Shown here piece by piece: positions 40,810 to 49,404 of a DNA stretch of 62,122 bases (the stretch's first letter is position 1; every line of letters begins with the position of its first letter). A program made the position numbers and the translations under genes. The stretch comes from a virus (taxonomy: Duplodnaviria; Caudoviricetes), in the IMG/VR virus record IMGVR_UViG_3300031269_000015, positions 1-62,122 of that record; one strand, given 5' to 3'. Below the pieces are notes generated by a model. The model made no database searches. It saw only the letters and a list, made by a program, of their open reading frames with translations, and was not told where the DNA came from.

Positions 40810-41757
40810 ATGAAACCACTATTAGCAGGAAAATTCTTTGAAGAGAAAGTTGCAAAACAGCTTCCTCTTTATGGACAAATCAAATACGATGGAATTCGTA
40901 TTTTTGAGAACCACTCTGGCGTTGCTTCTACTCGATCGTTAAAAGCTGCCAGATCAGAGCAGCTTCAATCTTTCTTTGCTTATAACAAAGATATACTACG
41001 AGGCTTAGATGGTGAGATCATCTGTGGTGATCCATATGCTTCAGGATGCTATTCTCGTACAGACTCTGCTGTCATGTCGTTTAACAAACCTCATGAAGAC
41101 ATGCGGTTCTATGTGTTTGATAAATGGGATGAACCAGGAACTTTTGAAGAAAGAATGAAAGTTGTTGAAGAAATCTGTGACTATTTATGGGTTGGACAAG
41201 TCAAAGTTTTACCTGCTGAGACAACTCTGTTTCATACCATGGAGCAGGTGTGGGAATTCTACGAAGAGCAGACCCTTCTTGGGCATGAGGGGATTATTCT
41301 GCGTCGACCTGACTCCTACTATAAATTTGGCCGAGGTTCTCCAGTGCAATGTGAGTGCATCAAAATGAAAGAAGGAGGCTGGATAGATACAGAAGTTCTT
41401 ATTACAGGCTTTTATGAAGAGAATGAGAATACCAACGAAGCTAAGAAAAATGCTCTTGGGAACACTCAGCGCTCTGGACACAAAGAAAACTTGCTCGGCA
41501 AAGGAACTCTCGGCGGCTTCGAGATATCAGGAAAGTTGTGGGATGGGCGTGACTTTGATGGTCACGTCGGCGGTGGGGAAGGACTTACCCAAAACAGCAG
41601 ACAAGGTTACTGGAATCAACGGGATGAGCTGATCGGTAAAATTGCAAAGATAAAATACTTTAAGATTGGTGTGAAAGATAAGCCGCGTTTTCCTCAGTTC
41701 CTTGGGATCCGAGACCCTCTTGATATGGATGCAGAGCAATTGGATATGTTCAAATGA
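40810..41757 (+). CDS. ATP-dependent DNA ligase
   Basis: KYDGIR, LDGEI, FYVFD, EGIILR, K.K, RFP.F..IR. Confidence 0.93.
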   Translation: MKPLLAGKFFEEKVAKQLPLYGQIKYDGIRIFENHSGVASTRSLKAARSEQLQSFFAYNKDILRGLDGEIICGDPYASGCYSRTDSAVMSFNKPHEDMRFYVFDKWDEPGTFEERMKVVEEICDYLWVGQVKVLPAETTLFHTMEQVWEFYEEQTLLGHEGIILRRPDSYYKFGRGSPVQCECIKMKEGGWIDTEVLITGFYEENENTNEAKKNALGNTQRSGHKENLLGKGTLGGFEISGKLWDGRDFDGHVGGGEGLTQNSRQGYWNQRDELIGKIAKIKYFKIGVKDKPRFPQFLGIRDPLDMDAEQLDMFK

Positions 41758-42002
41758 GTTGGGGACTTTGGATCTATAAGAGTTGTCCAGTAATAGGAGA
41801 TTGGATTAAAGTAGATTGCACATATTCAGATACCTTAGAAACTCGTACGTTCCAAGGTTTAGTGGTTTCAGTATCAGATAATCGGATTGTAGAAATCTGC
41901 CCTAGACCACCAGAAGATAACAAATACTTTGCAAAAAGATGGGCGAAAAAAGCTTTATCTGAAGGTGTTGAAGTCATGAGAAAGGCTACGGTAGACGCAT
42001 GA
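41754..42002 (+). CDS. Hypothetical protein
   Basis: ATGA overlaps on both sides. Confidence 0.55.
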   Translation: MSWGLWIYKSCPVIGDWIKVDCTYSDTLETRTFQGLVVSVSDNRIVEICPRPPEDNKYFAKRWAKKALSEGVEVMRKATVDA

Positions 42003-42241
42003 ACCACGAAGAACTCAAACAGAAACTTCTCAAAGGTATGGGTGGGAAACCACCTATGGCTGCTCGAGAGTCATGGGCGGCGTTCCAAAGAGAACGTGCG
42101 ACAGAGTTTTGGTACAACTACGAGTGGATCAAGGTTCCACAGTTCCACGCTTGGGCTTACGATTGTCCAGACGTAGATAATGGTCTCGGTGGATCTCAAG
42201 GAACTACTATAAGAATAATGAATTTTGGAAGACAAAAATAA
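41999..42241 (+). CDS. Hypothetical protein
   Basis: Coupled to previous ORF. Confidence 0.55.
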   Translation: MNHEELKQKLLKGMGGKPPMAARESWAAFQRERATEFWYNYEWIKVPQFHAWAYDCPDVDNGLGGSQGTTIRIMNFGRQK

Positions 42242-42242
42242 T

Positions 42243-42271
42243 TTGTCATTGGTAATTTGTAAGGTTAATAT
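42243..42271 (+). promoter_or_regulatory. Promoter for the protein + ncRNA unit
   Basis: TTGTCA-N17-TAATAT with A-rich upstream tract. Confidence 0.7.
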
Positions 42272-42307
42272 ACCTTATAAGAATTAAACATAACGGAGAT
42301 AGTAATA

Positions 42308-43051
42308 ATGGCGAAACTTCATGAGTTGTTAGCGGTAATGGCTGACACCACCAACGCAGCGCAAGCGGTGACTACCGAGACTAGTACTGTGTTTGCGAAA
42401 AAACCTGACCATTTTCGCGGTCAGTCCAAAACAGTGAATTTCTTTGAAAGTAGCCGCGAAGGTGAAAACACTGTGGAAAACAAGCAAATGGTGACTACTG
42501 TCGCCGACAAGCTTGATCACGCTTTCAAAAGCATAGGTCGCCATTATGATGCTCTGTTGCAGCTTGAAGAGGCCAATGGACGTGCTCGAGCAGACCTCAT
42601 TGTAGATGGGACCACCATCCTCAAAGATGTCCCAGCGACCTTTCTTTTGGGCATGGAAAGCCGCCTCAAAGCTGTTCGGGAAATGATCCTTAACATTCCA
42701 ACTCTGGAAATGTCTATCAAATGGACACCGGACGCCAATCTTGGTGAAGGTACTTATCGTTCAGAAGCTACTGTGTCTATGAAGACTGAAAAGTCTCTTA
42801 AATCACGAATCCTGGTAGAGCCAACGAAAGAGCATCCAGCCCAAGTGGAGAAATGGAACGAAGACGTTTCCGTAGCTCGTATTGAAACAACTCACACTTC
42901 AAGCATGATCACACCGCACGAGAAATCGGCGATGATTCTTCGGTGTGACAAAATGATCTCGGCTGTCAAGAAGGCTCGCCAACGAGCGAACACTGTTGAC
43001 GTCAAAGATCTAAGCATTGCTAAGGAAATCTTCGGATATATCCAAGGCTAA
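42308..43051 (+). CDS. Conserved protein of unknown function (DUF7873-like, from recall)
   Basis: MAKL...AV, AN..ARAD..VDG....DVP...LL..E, T..HPAQVE, AVK.AR..AN, IFGY motifs. Confidence 0.8.
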   Translation: MAKLHELLAVMADTTNAAQAVTTETSTVFAKKPDHFRGQSKTVNFFESSREGENTVENKQMVTTVADKLDHAFKSIGRHYDALLQLEEANGRARADLIVDGTTILKDVPATFLLGMESRLKAVREMILNIPTLEMSIKWTPDANLGEGTYRSEATVSMKTEKSLKSRILVEPTKEHPAQVEKWNEDVSVARIETTHTSSMITPHEKSAMILRCDKMISAVKKARQRANTVDVKDLSIAKEIFGYIQG

Positions 43052-43496
43052 CTTATTGCATCGGGCTATCAGCTCACTCGTGAGGGGAAGTAACTGTCTC
43101 TAAGAATCGGGACAAGTCGGCTCGACCTGATGCACCATAGATCCCATAGGGGATAGACTGAGACTGAGACTGAACTATGCGGGTGGAAAAACTCTAAGGA
43201 GTAAACAAATTCCCGTGACTCATATTTGAGAGACTTATGCCCCTCAATGTGAGAAACAAAGTGACTGGAGACAAGAGGTTTCTTAAACAATGAAGTCGCT
43301 GGTTCGAATCCAGCCCCGCCATCCAACACCCTTTAGTTGGACTGCTGGCGGGTAGCTCAGTGGTAGAGCGCATTTGGTAAGATTGACGGAACCTCAGTGG
43401 TCAGAGAGTCATAGGTGCTGCTCTTTATTGAGCACTTGATTTTTAATCAAAGCAACAGGGGTCGATCCATAGGTAGTTGGGTCGGCCCCGACTTTT
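43052..43496 (+). ncRNA. Large structured RNA with permuted tRNA-like module (YrlA-like)
   Basis: Nearly continuous helices; T-arm 43298-43314, acceptor 3' strand + TCCA 43315-43325, acceptor 5' strand + D-arm 43346-43369; no credible + strand ORF. Confidence 0.8.
43458..43496 (+). terminator. Intrinsic terminator
   Basis: GGGGTCGATCCA...TGGGTCGGCCCC-GACTTTT. Confidence 0.75.
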
Positions 43497-43564
43497 GTGA
43501 ATAACTAACCTTGTCATTTGCCAATCCCCGAGTTACTATAAATTATAGCAATTAGGAGGCTACC

Positions 43565-43801
43565 ATGCTACCAGAAATTTACGAACATGAACTACAGCAA
43601 GTTGTGAAAATTCTTAAAATCATTAATCCAGGACGATGTTCTGAAAGCTTCATTTTGAGCCGTATAAATATGGAATGGCCGTTTGATAACATCTCAACAG
43701 GTGGATTCGTGGCTTACGCAGAGAGCCCAGACAGAACAAACAAAGTGCGGATCGCGTTGACTCCATACTCTGTTAGTAAGTATCTGTTTCCGACAGGATA
43801 A
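43565..43801 (+). CDS. Hypothetical protein
   Basis: Own promoter (43511) and AGGAGGCTACC-ATG. Confidence 0.7.
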   Translation: MLPEIYEHELQQVVKILKIINPGRCSESFILSRINMEWPFDNISTGGFVAYAESPDRTNKVRIALTPYSVSKYLFPTG

Positions 43802-43986
43802 ATAGAACTGGTCATTGGGTAGTCCTAAGGTTATATTAAGTAGTATAAACAAAGGATTACTCAATGCACTTTCTAAACCTTTTGCGAGCGTGGGCCGCAG
43901 ATTCTTTTATCCAACTTGGATACACTATTGCTCCTAACCACTACTTAGAGGGTATGATAACTCCAACCGAGGAAGAGTAGGCTACC

Positions 43987-44718
43987 GTGAAAAATCAAGA
44001 CATGATCGCAAAAATTGCCGCGCTCAAGGCCAAAATCCCTGAGCGTGGCGCGACTGAAGACGAAGCCATAGCTGCGCTGACCATTGCCGAAAAGCTGATG
44101 GAGAAGCATGGTATCACCGAAGCTGATCTCAAGTCTGTAGAATTCTCACGTGATATGCGTGAAGGGTCTTTTACCCAGAAGCAGAAAATAATTCACCCTT
44201 CTCAGAAATACTGCGCTACGACCATCGGTCGTTTTTGCAATGTGAAACCTTGGACATCTTCCACAAACTCCAAGAAACATCTCAAAATGTTTGGTTTGAT
44301 AAATGATGTCGAGATGGCTGAGTTTCTTCTTGGGCTTATCCACGACAGCATGGATCGAGGCTGGAAAGAGTTCCTCGCTACAAACCCAAAGAGTAGCGCG
44401 AGCCGTCACACGCAATACTGGTCCTTCATGATCGGCTTTTCTGAGCGGGTTAACTATAAGATCAACGAAATTATTGAGAGCAGAACAGTGCAAACAGACA
44501 GCACCGGTAATGATCTCGTGGAAATCAAAATGGCACTTGTAGATCAAGGAATGGAATCCATGCTGCCAGACATTAAACTTCGCAAAAGTAGCTCTCGTAG
44601 CATGAAAGCGAACATGGATGCCTATGGTCAAGGTCAAGCCGCAGGTGATAAAGTCAATATTCAACGACCAATCTCACGTCAACAGTCAACTACGGCGAAA
44701 AGAATCACGAAGAAATGA
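43987..44718 (+). CDS. DUF2786-domain protein
   Basis: KI..L.A.....G.TE.EA..A...A..LM.K.GI; F..GF; AY..G...G. Confidence 0.75.
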   Translation: MKNQDMIAKIAALKAKIPERGATEDEAIAALTIAEKLMEKHGITEADLKSVEFSRDMREGSFTQKQKIIHPSQKYCATTIGRFCNVKPWTSSTNSKKHLKMFGLINDVEMAEFLLGLIHDSMDRGWKEFLATNPKSSASRHTQYWSFMIGFSERVNYKINEIIESRTVQTDSTGNDLVEIKMALVDQGMESMLPDIKLRKSSSRSMKANMDAYGQGQAAGDKVNIQRPISRQQSTTAKRITKK

Positions 44719-44814
44719 TCTGAGATCTGGAGTGTAAACATGACCCCTCTGCCCACCTACAACGGAATCCCGCCACTGACGGCGCACAAACCCTGACAGA
44801 AAAGGAATGATGAT

Positions 44815-44985
44815 ATGAAAGAATTTACCGCAGCGGACGCCACCGCCGAAAGCATTGCAGACGCGATGGAAACACTAGACCAGATGCCAGAGGGTCGCGA
44901 AGCCGCGCTTGTGAAAACCAAGCTGCAAGAGGCGATGATGTAGCTGAATAGTGTGCGACCAACGCGCAACGAAACCGATGGATGA
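44815..44985 (+). pseudogene. Acb2/Tad1-like hairpin protein with in-frame amber
   Basis: GREAALVKTKLQEAMM*LN; TAG at 44941 where Trp is expected. Confidence 0.55.
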
Positions 44986-45135
44986 CCTAACGTGCATCAC
45001 GGCCCGCAGCATACTTGAGGCCCGTCTGGGCCTCGCATTGGGGCCGATTAGGACTATGCCGAAAGATATACGCCGCGCCATGTTTTTGCTGGCGCTGCAA
45101 CTCAACAGAAAAGAAACCATTTAAGGAACATAAAG

Positions 45136-45447
45136 ATGGACCAACGAAAACTAACAGAGCGATTGCGTGATTCATCGTGGGTAAAGCACTGGTTCGATCA
45201 GGCAGGCGTGCAAGCTGCAGAAAGAATAGAAGAACTTGAAGCGGCACTAAGTGAAGTAAAATCCGCCTTAGAGCACGAGCCTGAATACCACGATCAGGGT
45301 ATGGGCTGCGGCCTTGAGGATCGGAACATCACTGATCGGTACGAGGCTATGAGACACGGATGGGATCAAGCATTTGAACGCATATTCTCAGAAACAATAG
45401 GCGCAGCAAGTGACGTTATCGAAGCCGCTGCACCTTCAAACATTTAA
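45136..45447 (+). CDS. Hypothetical protein
   Basis: AAGGA RBS; AA.RIEELE motif. Confidence 0.65.
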   Translation: MDQRKLTERLRDSSWVKHWFDQAGVQAAERIEELEAALSEVKSALEHEPEYHDQGMGCGLEDRNITDRYEAMRHGWDQAFERIFSETIGAASDVIEAAAPSNI

Positions 45448-45458
45448 AGGACCAGATT

Positions 45459-45767
45459 ATGCCAACCAGCTTTAGCGTTGTCCACAGAAACTACGGGCAT
45501 TGGGATATTACAAGCCATGAGGTTGGACGCTTGTTTCGCCTGCGTGGTGGACCGGGACAATGGGATGTGATTGATGAGCGTAAGGGCAAGGGGCAGAACT
45601 CGACCATGCCACCACCGTTCAAAGATCAATCCGCAGCAATGTCATTTATCTGCGCGGAACTCATGCATGAATTGCTGACCGTTGAGGGGCAAAAGCCTTA
45701 CGAAATGGAAAGCTGGAATATCAACTTCACCGCCGCCCAAGACCCTATGGGTCCAGTGGATCACTAA
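45459..45767 (+). CDS. Hypothetical protein
   Basis: AAGGA RBS. Confidence 0.6.
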   Translation: MPTSFSVVHRNYGHWDITSHEVGRLFRLRGGPGQWDVIDERKGKGQNSTMPPPFKDQSAAMSFICAELMHELLTVEGQKPYEMESWNINFTAAQDPMGPVDH

Positions 45768-45805
45768 ACGACCAATCTCACTTCAACAACTAAGAGGATT
45801 ACATA

Positions 45806-46120
45806 ATGTCACGCATCGCAAAGAAAATAGCGCGTCGTTTTCGTAGGAAAGGAACTCGTCACGAGTCTGATAGTTATAAAATGAACAAGGCTCAGCTTTT
45901 GATCAACAACAACTGGAACATTTCGAACAAATCTCCAGAGCCGGAACGAAACGGACTGTACCGAGCAATCGACCGTTTGACTGCAAAACGCAAGGCGAAC
46001 GCCAAGATCGAATATCCAGAGATTGAGCCTACTCGTCAAGTCTTCCGTCACATGGCTCGCCGCAACGTCAAAATTCATCGTCAGCTCGAGACCGTGAAAT
46101 TTACACGTAAGAACGGATAA
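45806..46120 (+). CDS. Highly basic hypothetical protein
   Basis: GAGGA RBS; Arg/Lys-rich. Confidence 0.6.
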   Translation: MSRIAKKIARRFRRKGTRHESDSYKMNKAQLLINNNWNISNKSPEPERNGLYRAIDRLTAKRKANAKIEYPEIEPTRQVFRHMARRNVKIHRQLETVKFTRKNG

Positions 46121-46182
46121 GTAGAATTTGTCATAGGTAGCCTCCATGGTGCATACTAATTACAGCTAAGGAGGCTACCAAA

Positions 46183-46443
46183 ATGATTTGTCTGAAAACC
46201 GGAGCACATGTCCACCTTATATGTCATGACGAATGGCTTTATGGTGATGTGTTTAAGACTAACGGCGGAGATCTTGTTATGAGAGTTTGTGCTCGAGAGT
46301 TCACACCTATCATACCCATTAAGCATTTCAGCATAATGAACTTTAACGTATGGTTCGACGAAATTAAGACTTCAGGTGAAGTTAACTCTACATTGTTCGC
46401 TGAGGGTTTCATAGAACACAGCTATGAGGGAATTCTGATATGA
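46183..46443 (+). CDS. Hypothetical protein
   Basis: Promoter 46128 and AGGAGGCTACC leader. Confidence 0.65.
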   Translation: MICLKTGAHVHLICHDEWLYGDVFKTNGGDLVMRVCAREFTPIIPIKHFSIMNFNVWFDEIKTSGEVNSTLFAEGFIEHSYEGILI

Positions 46444-46613
46444 CCCCTAAGCAACGAGAACAGCTTCACAACAGAGTCAGAGTAAATCCTAACAAAAAGA
46501 AAGCTAAAGACCCGACAGTTATGCTTTGGATCTTGTTTGGCTTCTGCTTGTTGTTTTTCTGGCCCGCTGCTATCGTAGTTGCGATAGTGATAATTGTAAA
46601 TAAAGGAAAATAA

Positions 46614-46832
46614 ATGAAAGAGTTCGAAATGACTCAAGAGCAGCTAGACAGACTGCTTGATCACATTAAACCTGCACCGATGATCATGCTGCAATGTGGC
46701 TCACCACCTAGCCAACAAGAGATGGCGAACTATGCGTGGCAAGAGCTTGGTAAAGAAATGGGTTTTAGCGCATTTTCTGTTCGACCTTCTAACAAAGGTG
46801 ATCGGTTTTTCACAGCGGAGCCTATTTCATGA
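46614..46832 (+). CDS. Hypothetical protein
   Basis: AAGGA RBS; W..LG..MGF motif; overlaps next start. Confidence 0.65.
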   Translation: MKEFEMTQEQLDRLLDHIKPAPMIMLQCGSPPSQQEMANYAWQELGKEMGFSAFSVRPSNKGDRFFTAEPIS

Positions 46833-47845
46833 TTGTTTTTCAAAACGAAGGACTTATGCCGTTAGAAGCGGCGACCACTTTTGGTATCAATGTAAAACTC
46901 GGCGAGAACCCGATTGGTTTCTTTGGTACAGGTCTCAAATATGCGATCGCAGTGACACTTCGCTTGGGCGGCACTTTTCGCCTCTTTTTGGGTAAGGTTG
47001 AATATGAATTCTATGTCAAAGCGGAAGACTTCCGCGGCAAAGAATTCGGGATGATCCGTATGCGAAATCGGAACTCACCGCTAAAACGCTGGTCGTATGA
47101 GAAGCTGGCTTTCACGACAGAGCTCGGCAAGCATTGGGAGCCATGGATGGCTGTCCGCGAGTTGGAAAGCAACACACGTGATGAAGGTGGCTGGTCAAGT
47201 CAATTAGAAGATAGGGTTCTAATAGGATCAGAGAATACTACTAAGATCATCATCGAGTGCGAAGAAATGGAGACAGCTTACAACGAGCAGGTCATATTTA
47301 TGCCTACTGACATGGACTTGATCTACGAAGATGGGTACGTTCAAATCTTCAATCAACCCGCAAATCACATTTTCTTCCGTGGGCTTCGGGTCACTGATTG
47401 TAAACCGACGATGTTTACATACAATTTAACTGGAGGTGTGACACTTACAGAGGATAGGACTTCTAAGTTCTCTTACTCAGACCAAATCTATATCATGAAA
47501 GCTCTGCAGTCTATTACCGACCCTGATAAACTAGATATTATCATGGATTCTGAAGATGAATCCATCTATGAAGCTGATCTTCCTTGGGATGTTGACTACG
47601 GTAGTCAAGGTTCAACTTATGTGGCTCGTGTCTCTTACAGATTCCATTCTGGTGCTCATCTACCAAAAAGAATAAAATCGTTTTACGAAAGTCGTGTTGA
47701 AGAGGATGCCCAAGAGAAGTTTGTAGACGTGAAATTAACTGAGTCTATGATCGAGAGGCTTACGAAAGTACTGAAAGAAGCTGATACAGAGGATATTGAT
47801 AAAAGTATTTTCTTACAGCTTCCTGATGTAGAAATATTGTTTTGA
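46829..47845 (+). CDS. GHKL/HSP90-like ATPase domain protein
   Basis: IG.FGTGLKYAIA G-box; RELESN..DE. Confidence 0.7.
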   Translation: MIVFQNEGLMPLEAATTFGINVKLGENPIGFFGTGLKYAIAVTLRLGGTFRLFLGKVEYEFYVKAEDFRGKEFGMIRMRNRNSPLKRWSYEKLAFTTELGKHWEPWMAVRELESNTRDEGGWSSQLEDRVLIGSENTTKIIIECEEMETAYNEQVIFMPTDMDLIYEDGYVQIFNQPANHIFFRGLRVTDCKPTMFTYNLTGGVTLTEDRTSKFSYSDQIYIMKALQSITDPDKLDIIMDSEDESIYEADLPWDVDYGSQGSTYVARVSYRFHSGAHLPKRIKSFYESRVEEDAQEKFVDVKLTESMIERLTKVLKEADTEDIDKSIFLQLPDVEILF

Positions 47846-48114
47846 TGGAATGGTTCGTATTTTACGGTCCGTTGGTGATCGTCGGTATTCTGGTTTTCCT
47901 GCCTATTAAACTGGATCCCGCCTTTTGGGCTGCTAGTAAACGTGATGATCCTTTTATCAAACAAGCCAAAATAGATCAACAGAACGCTGATTATCCAGGA
48001 TGCAGACAAGGTTTCATGGAATGTAGATCCACGAGTTGTGGATGCGATGAAGAGAAACCACACTGTGACTTCATAACAGAAAGAGCAAAGAGGTTAAGAA
48101 ATGACAATTCGTGA
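47845..48114 (+). CDS. Small membrane protein with Cys cluster
   Basis: Hydrophobic N-terminus; TGATG coupling. Confidence 0.5.
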   Translation: MEWFVFYGPLVIVGILVFLPIKLDPAFWAASKRDDPFIKQAKIDQQNADYPGCRQGFMECRSTSCGCDEEKPHCDFITERAKRLRNDNS

Positions 48115-48316
48115 TCCAAGTTCACAATACTTGCCGAAGTTCGGCTACTGGTGGCACGTGAAAACCAAAGAACGATACGAGATCTTAGCGTTCGCTATTG
48201 AAGAACACTCTATGATCCCTGTCGTTGTTTACAAAAACGAAGGACCTATGTCTACTACAATATGGACCCGCCCATGTAGTGAGTTCTTCGAGATAGCCCG
48301 CTTTACGCAGGAGTAA
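48101..48316 (+). CDS. DUF1653-like protein
   Basis: Y.H.K...Y.I...A......VVVY....W.RP..EF. Confidence 0.7.
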   Translation: MTIRDPSSQYLPKFGYWWHVKTKERYEILAFAIEEHSMIPVVVYKNEGPMSTTIWTRPCSEFFEIARFTQE

Positions 48317-48376
48317 TACTTGTCATTTGCTGTGTCCTTGGGTTACACTAGGGGCACAGTAAATTAGGAGGCTACC

Positions 48377-48715
48377 ATGACTAAATTTCACGCAGTGCTT
48401 ACCGACGAATGCGGAAGCGAATTCGGTGCAACCGTTACAGCAGAAAGCCGTGATAGTGCGTATGAAATGCTGCAAGAAGATTACCCAGAAAGCAGAGTAA
48501 TTCAGCTGGAAAGCCCCGAAGAATTCAAGCATTTCGAAATCGCTCAACTGAGAGGACAATGCAGGATCGCGAGCGCAGGTATGACTATTAGAGGTACGAC
48601 CAAGCGAGCTCTCGCTGATGCTGCTGGAGAAATCACTGGTAAGAAATACAAAACCAAAGAACTGCACCAAGCCGCTGAAGATATTACTACTTATTTGAAG
48701 GAGAATTACCGTTGA
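48377..48715 (+). CDS. Hypothetical protein
   Basis: Promoter 48320 and AGGAGGCTACC-ATG. Confidence 0.7.
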   Translation: MTKFHAVLTDECGSEFGATVTAESRDSAYEMLQEDYPESRVIQLESPEEFKHFEIAQLRGQCRIASAGMTIRGTTKRALADAAGEITGKKYKTKELHQAAEDITTYLKENYR

Positions 48716-48999
48716 ATATCACGTTTGAGTTAAAAGAGTTCTGGATTACAGAGCAGATCAAATCAGTTATCTGTGAAGTAGACTTGGTGATGACTGAACG
48801 GTCATCACCTGACATAATGCCTTCGTTGAACGATCCAGGTGAACCTGGACATCCAGCGGTGTTTGAAATTCACGAAGTGCGTCTTATTGATGTTCCTTAC
48901 ACTCTCACACTTTCAGAAACAGAATTTGCCACTTTCTTTGAGAATGGTCAAGACGTGATGAACAGCGCCTACGAATGGGCTTCAGAGCAAAATCTATAG
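48712..48999 (+). CDS. Acidic hypothetical protein
   Basis: AAGGAG RBS, TTG start. Confidence 0.55.
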   Translation: MNITFELKEFWITEQIKSVICEVDLVMTERSSPDIMPSLNDPGEPGHPAVFEIHEVRLIDVPYTLTLSETEFATFFENGQDVMNSAYEWASEQNL

Positions 49000-49044
49000 A
49001 AAATGAAGTTGTCACCCTACTGTCTTAGGTGATAGCTGTAAATC

Positions 49045-49338
49045 ATGGTGAACAATGTGCATATATCAGCTGGACTACGTGTAGGGTTCTGGGTTCAATA
49101 TCCCACAGAGTTCAGGAAACCGTTTACTTGTGTGGGTCATTACAATGGACCTCCCTTGGGTGATCAACTTCCTGGATGGAAAGGCCAGCAAGAGCTCATG
49201 GAAGGAACTCTTAAGTTTAGAGTAGGAGTTCTTTTCCGCCCTGACTTGGGTAAATACAATCGTCTCGAAACAATTATCATTTTAGAAAATCACATCGAAG
49301 AGATGTTTGAGTACGAAGACTGGGAAGCTACAGGATAA
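49045..49338 (+). CDS. Hypothetical protein
   Basis: Promoter-like 49009 upstream. Confidence 0.5.
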   Translation: MVNNVHISAGLRVGFWVQYPTEFRKPFTCVGHYNGPPLGDQLPGWKGQQELMEGTLKFRVGVLFRPDLGKYNRLETIIILENHIEEMFEYEDWEATG

Positions 49339-49404
49339 ATAAAGTTAGTCGTAACTGTGTCTAAGTTGTATGCTAATCTTAGTTAAACAAAAAAGGCTAC
49401 CATT

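Larger units (their letters stand above)
44663..45788. mobile_element. ~1.1 kb moron-like segment flanked by 22-bp direct repeats
   Basis: AACGACCAATCTCAC(G/T)TCAACA at 44663 and 45767; interior appears GC-richer. Confidence 0.5.

Noticed and set aside
43093-43109. Amber-suppressor anticodon loop CT-CTA-AG that might read through TAG 44941
   Set aside because: Flanking bases do not form a 5-bp stem; the better hairpin TGTCTC/GGGACA buries part of it
43315-43325. attP-like tRNA 3' end for integration
   Set aside because: No integrase seen, and the matching 5' half follows and pairs perfectly, favouring a structural RNA
43069-43329. 86-aa minus-strand ORF (MLDGGAGFEPAT...)
   Set aside because: Typical antisense translation of a tRNA T-arm; spurious
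43289-43374. Canonical tRNA gene
   Set aside because: The halves are in reversed order and there is no anticodon loop
43261-43496. Two-piece tmRNA
   Set aside because: Full D-arm present, no G3:U70 alanine determinant, no evident tag reading frame
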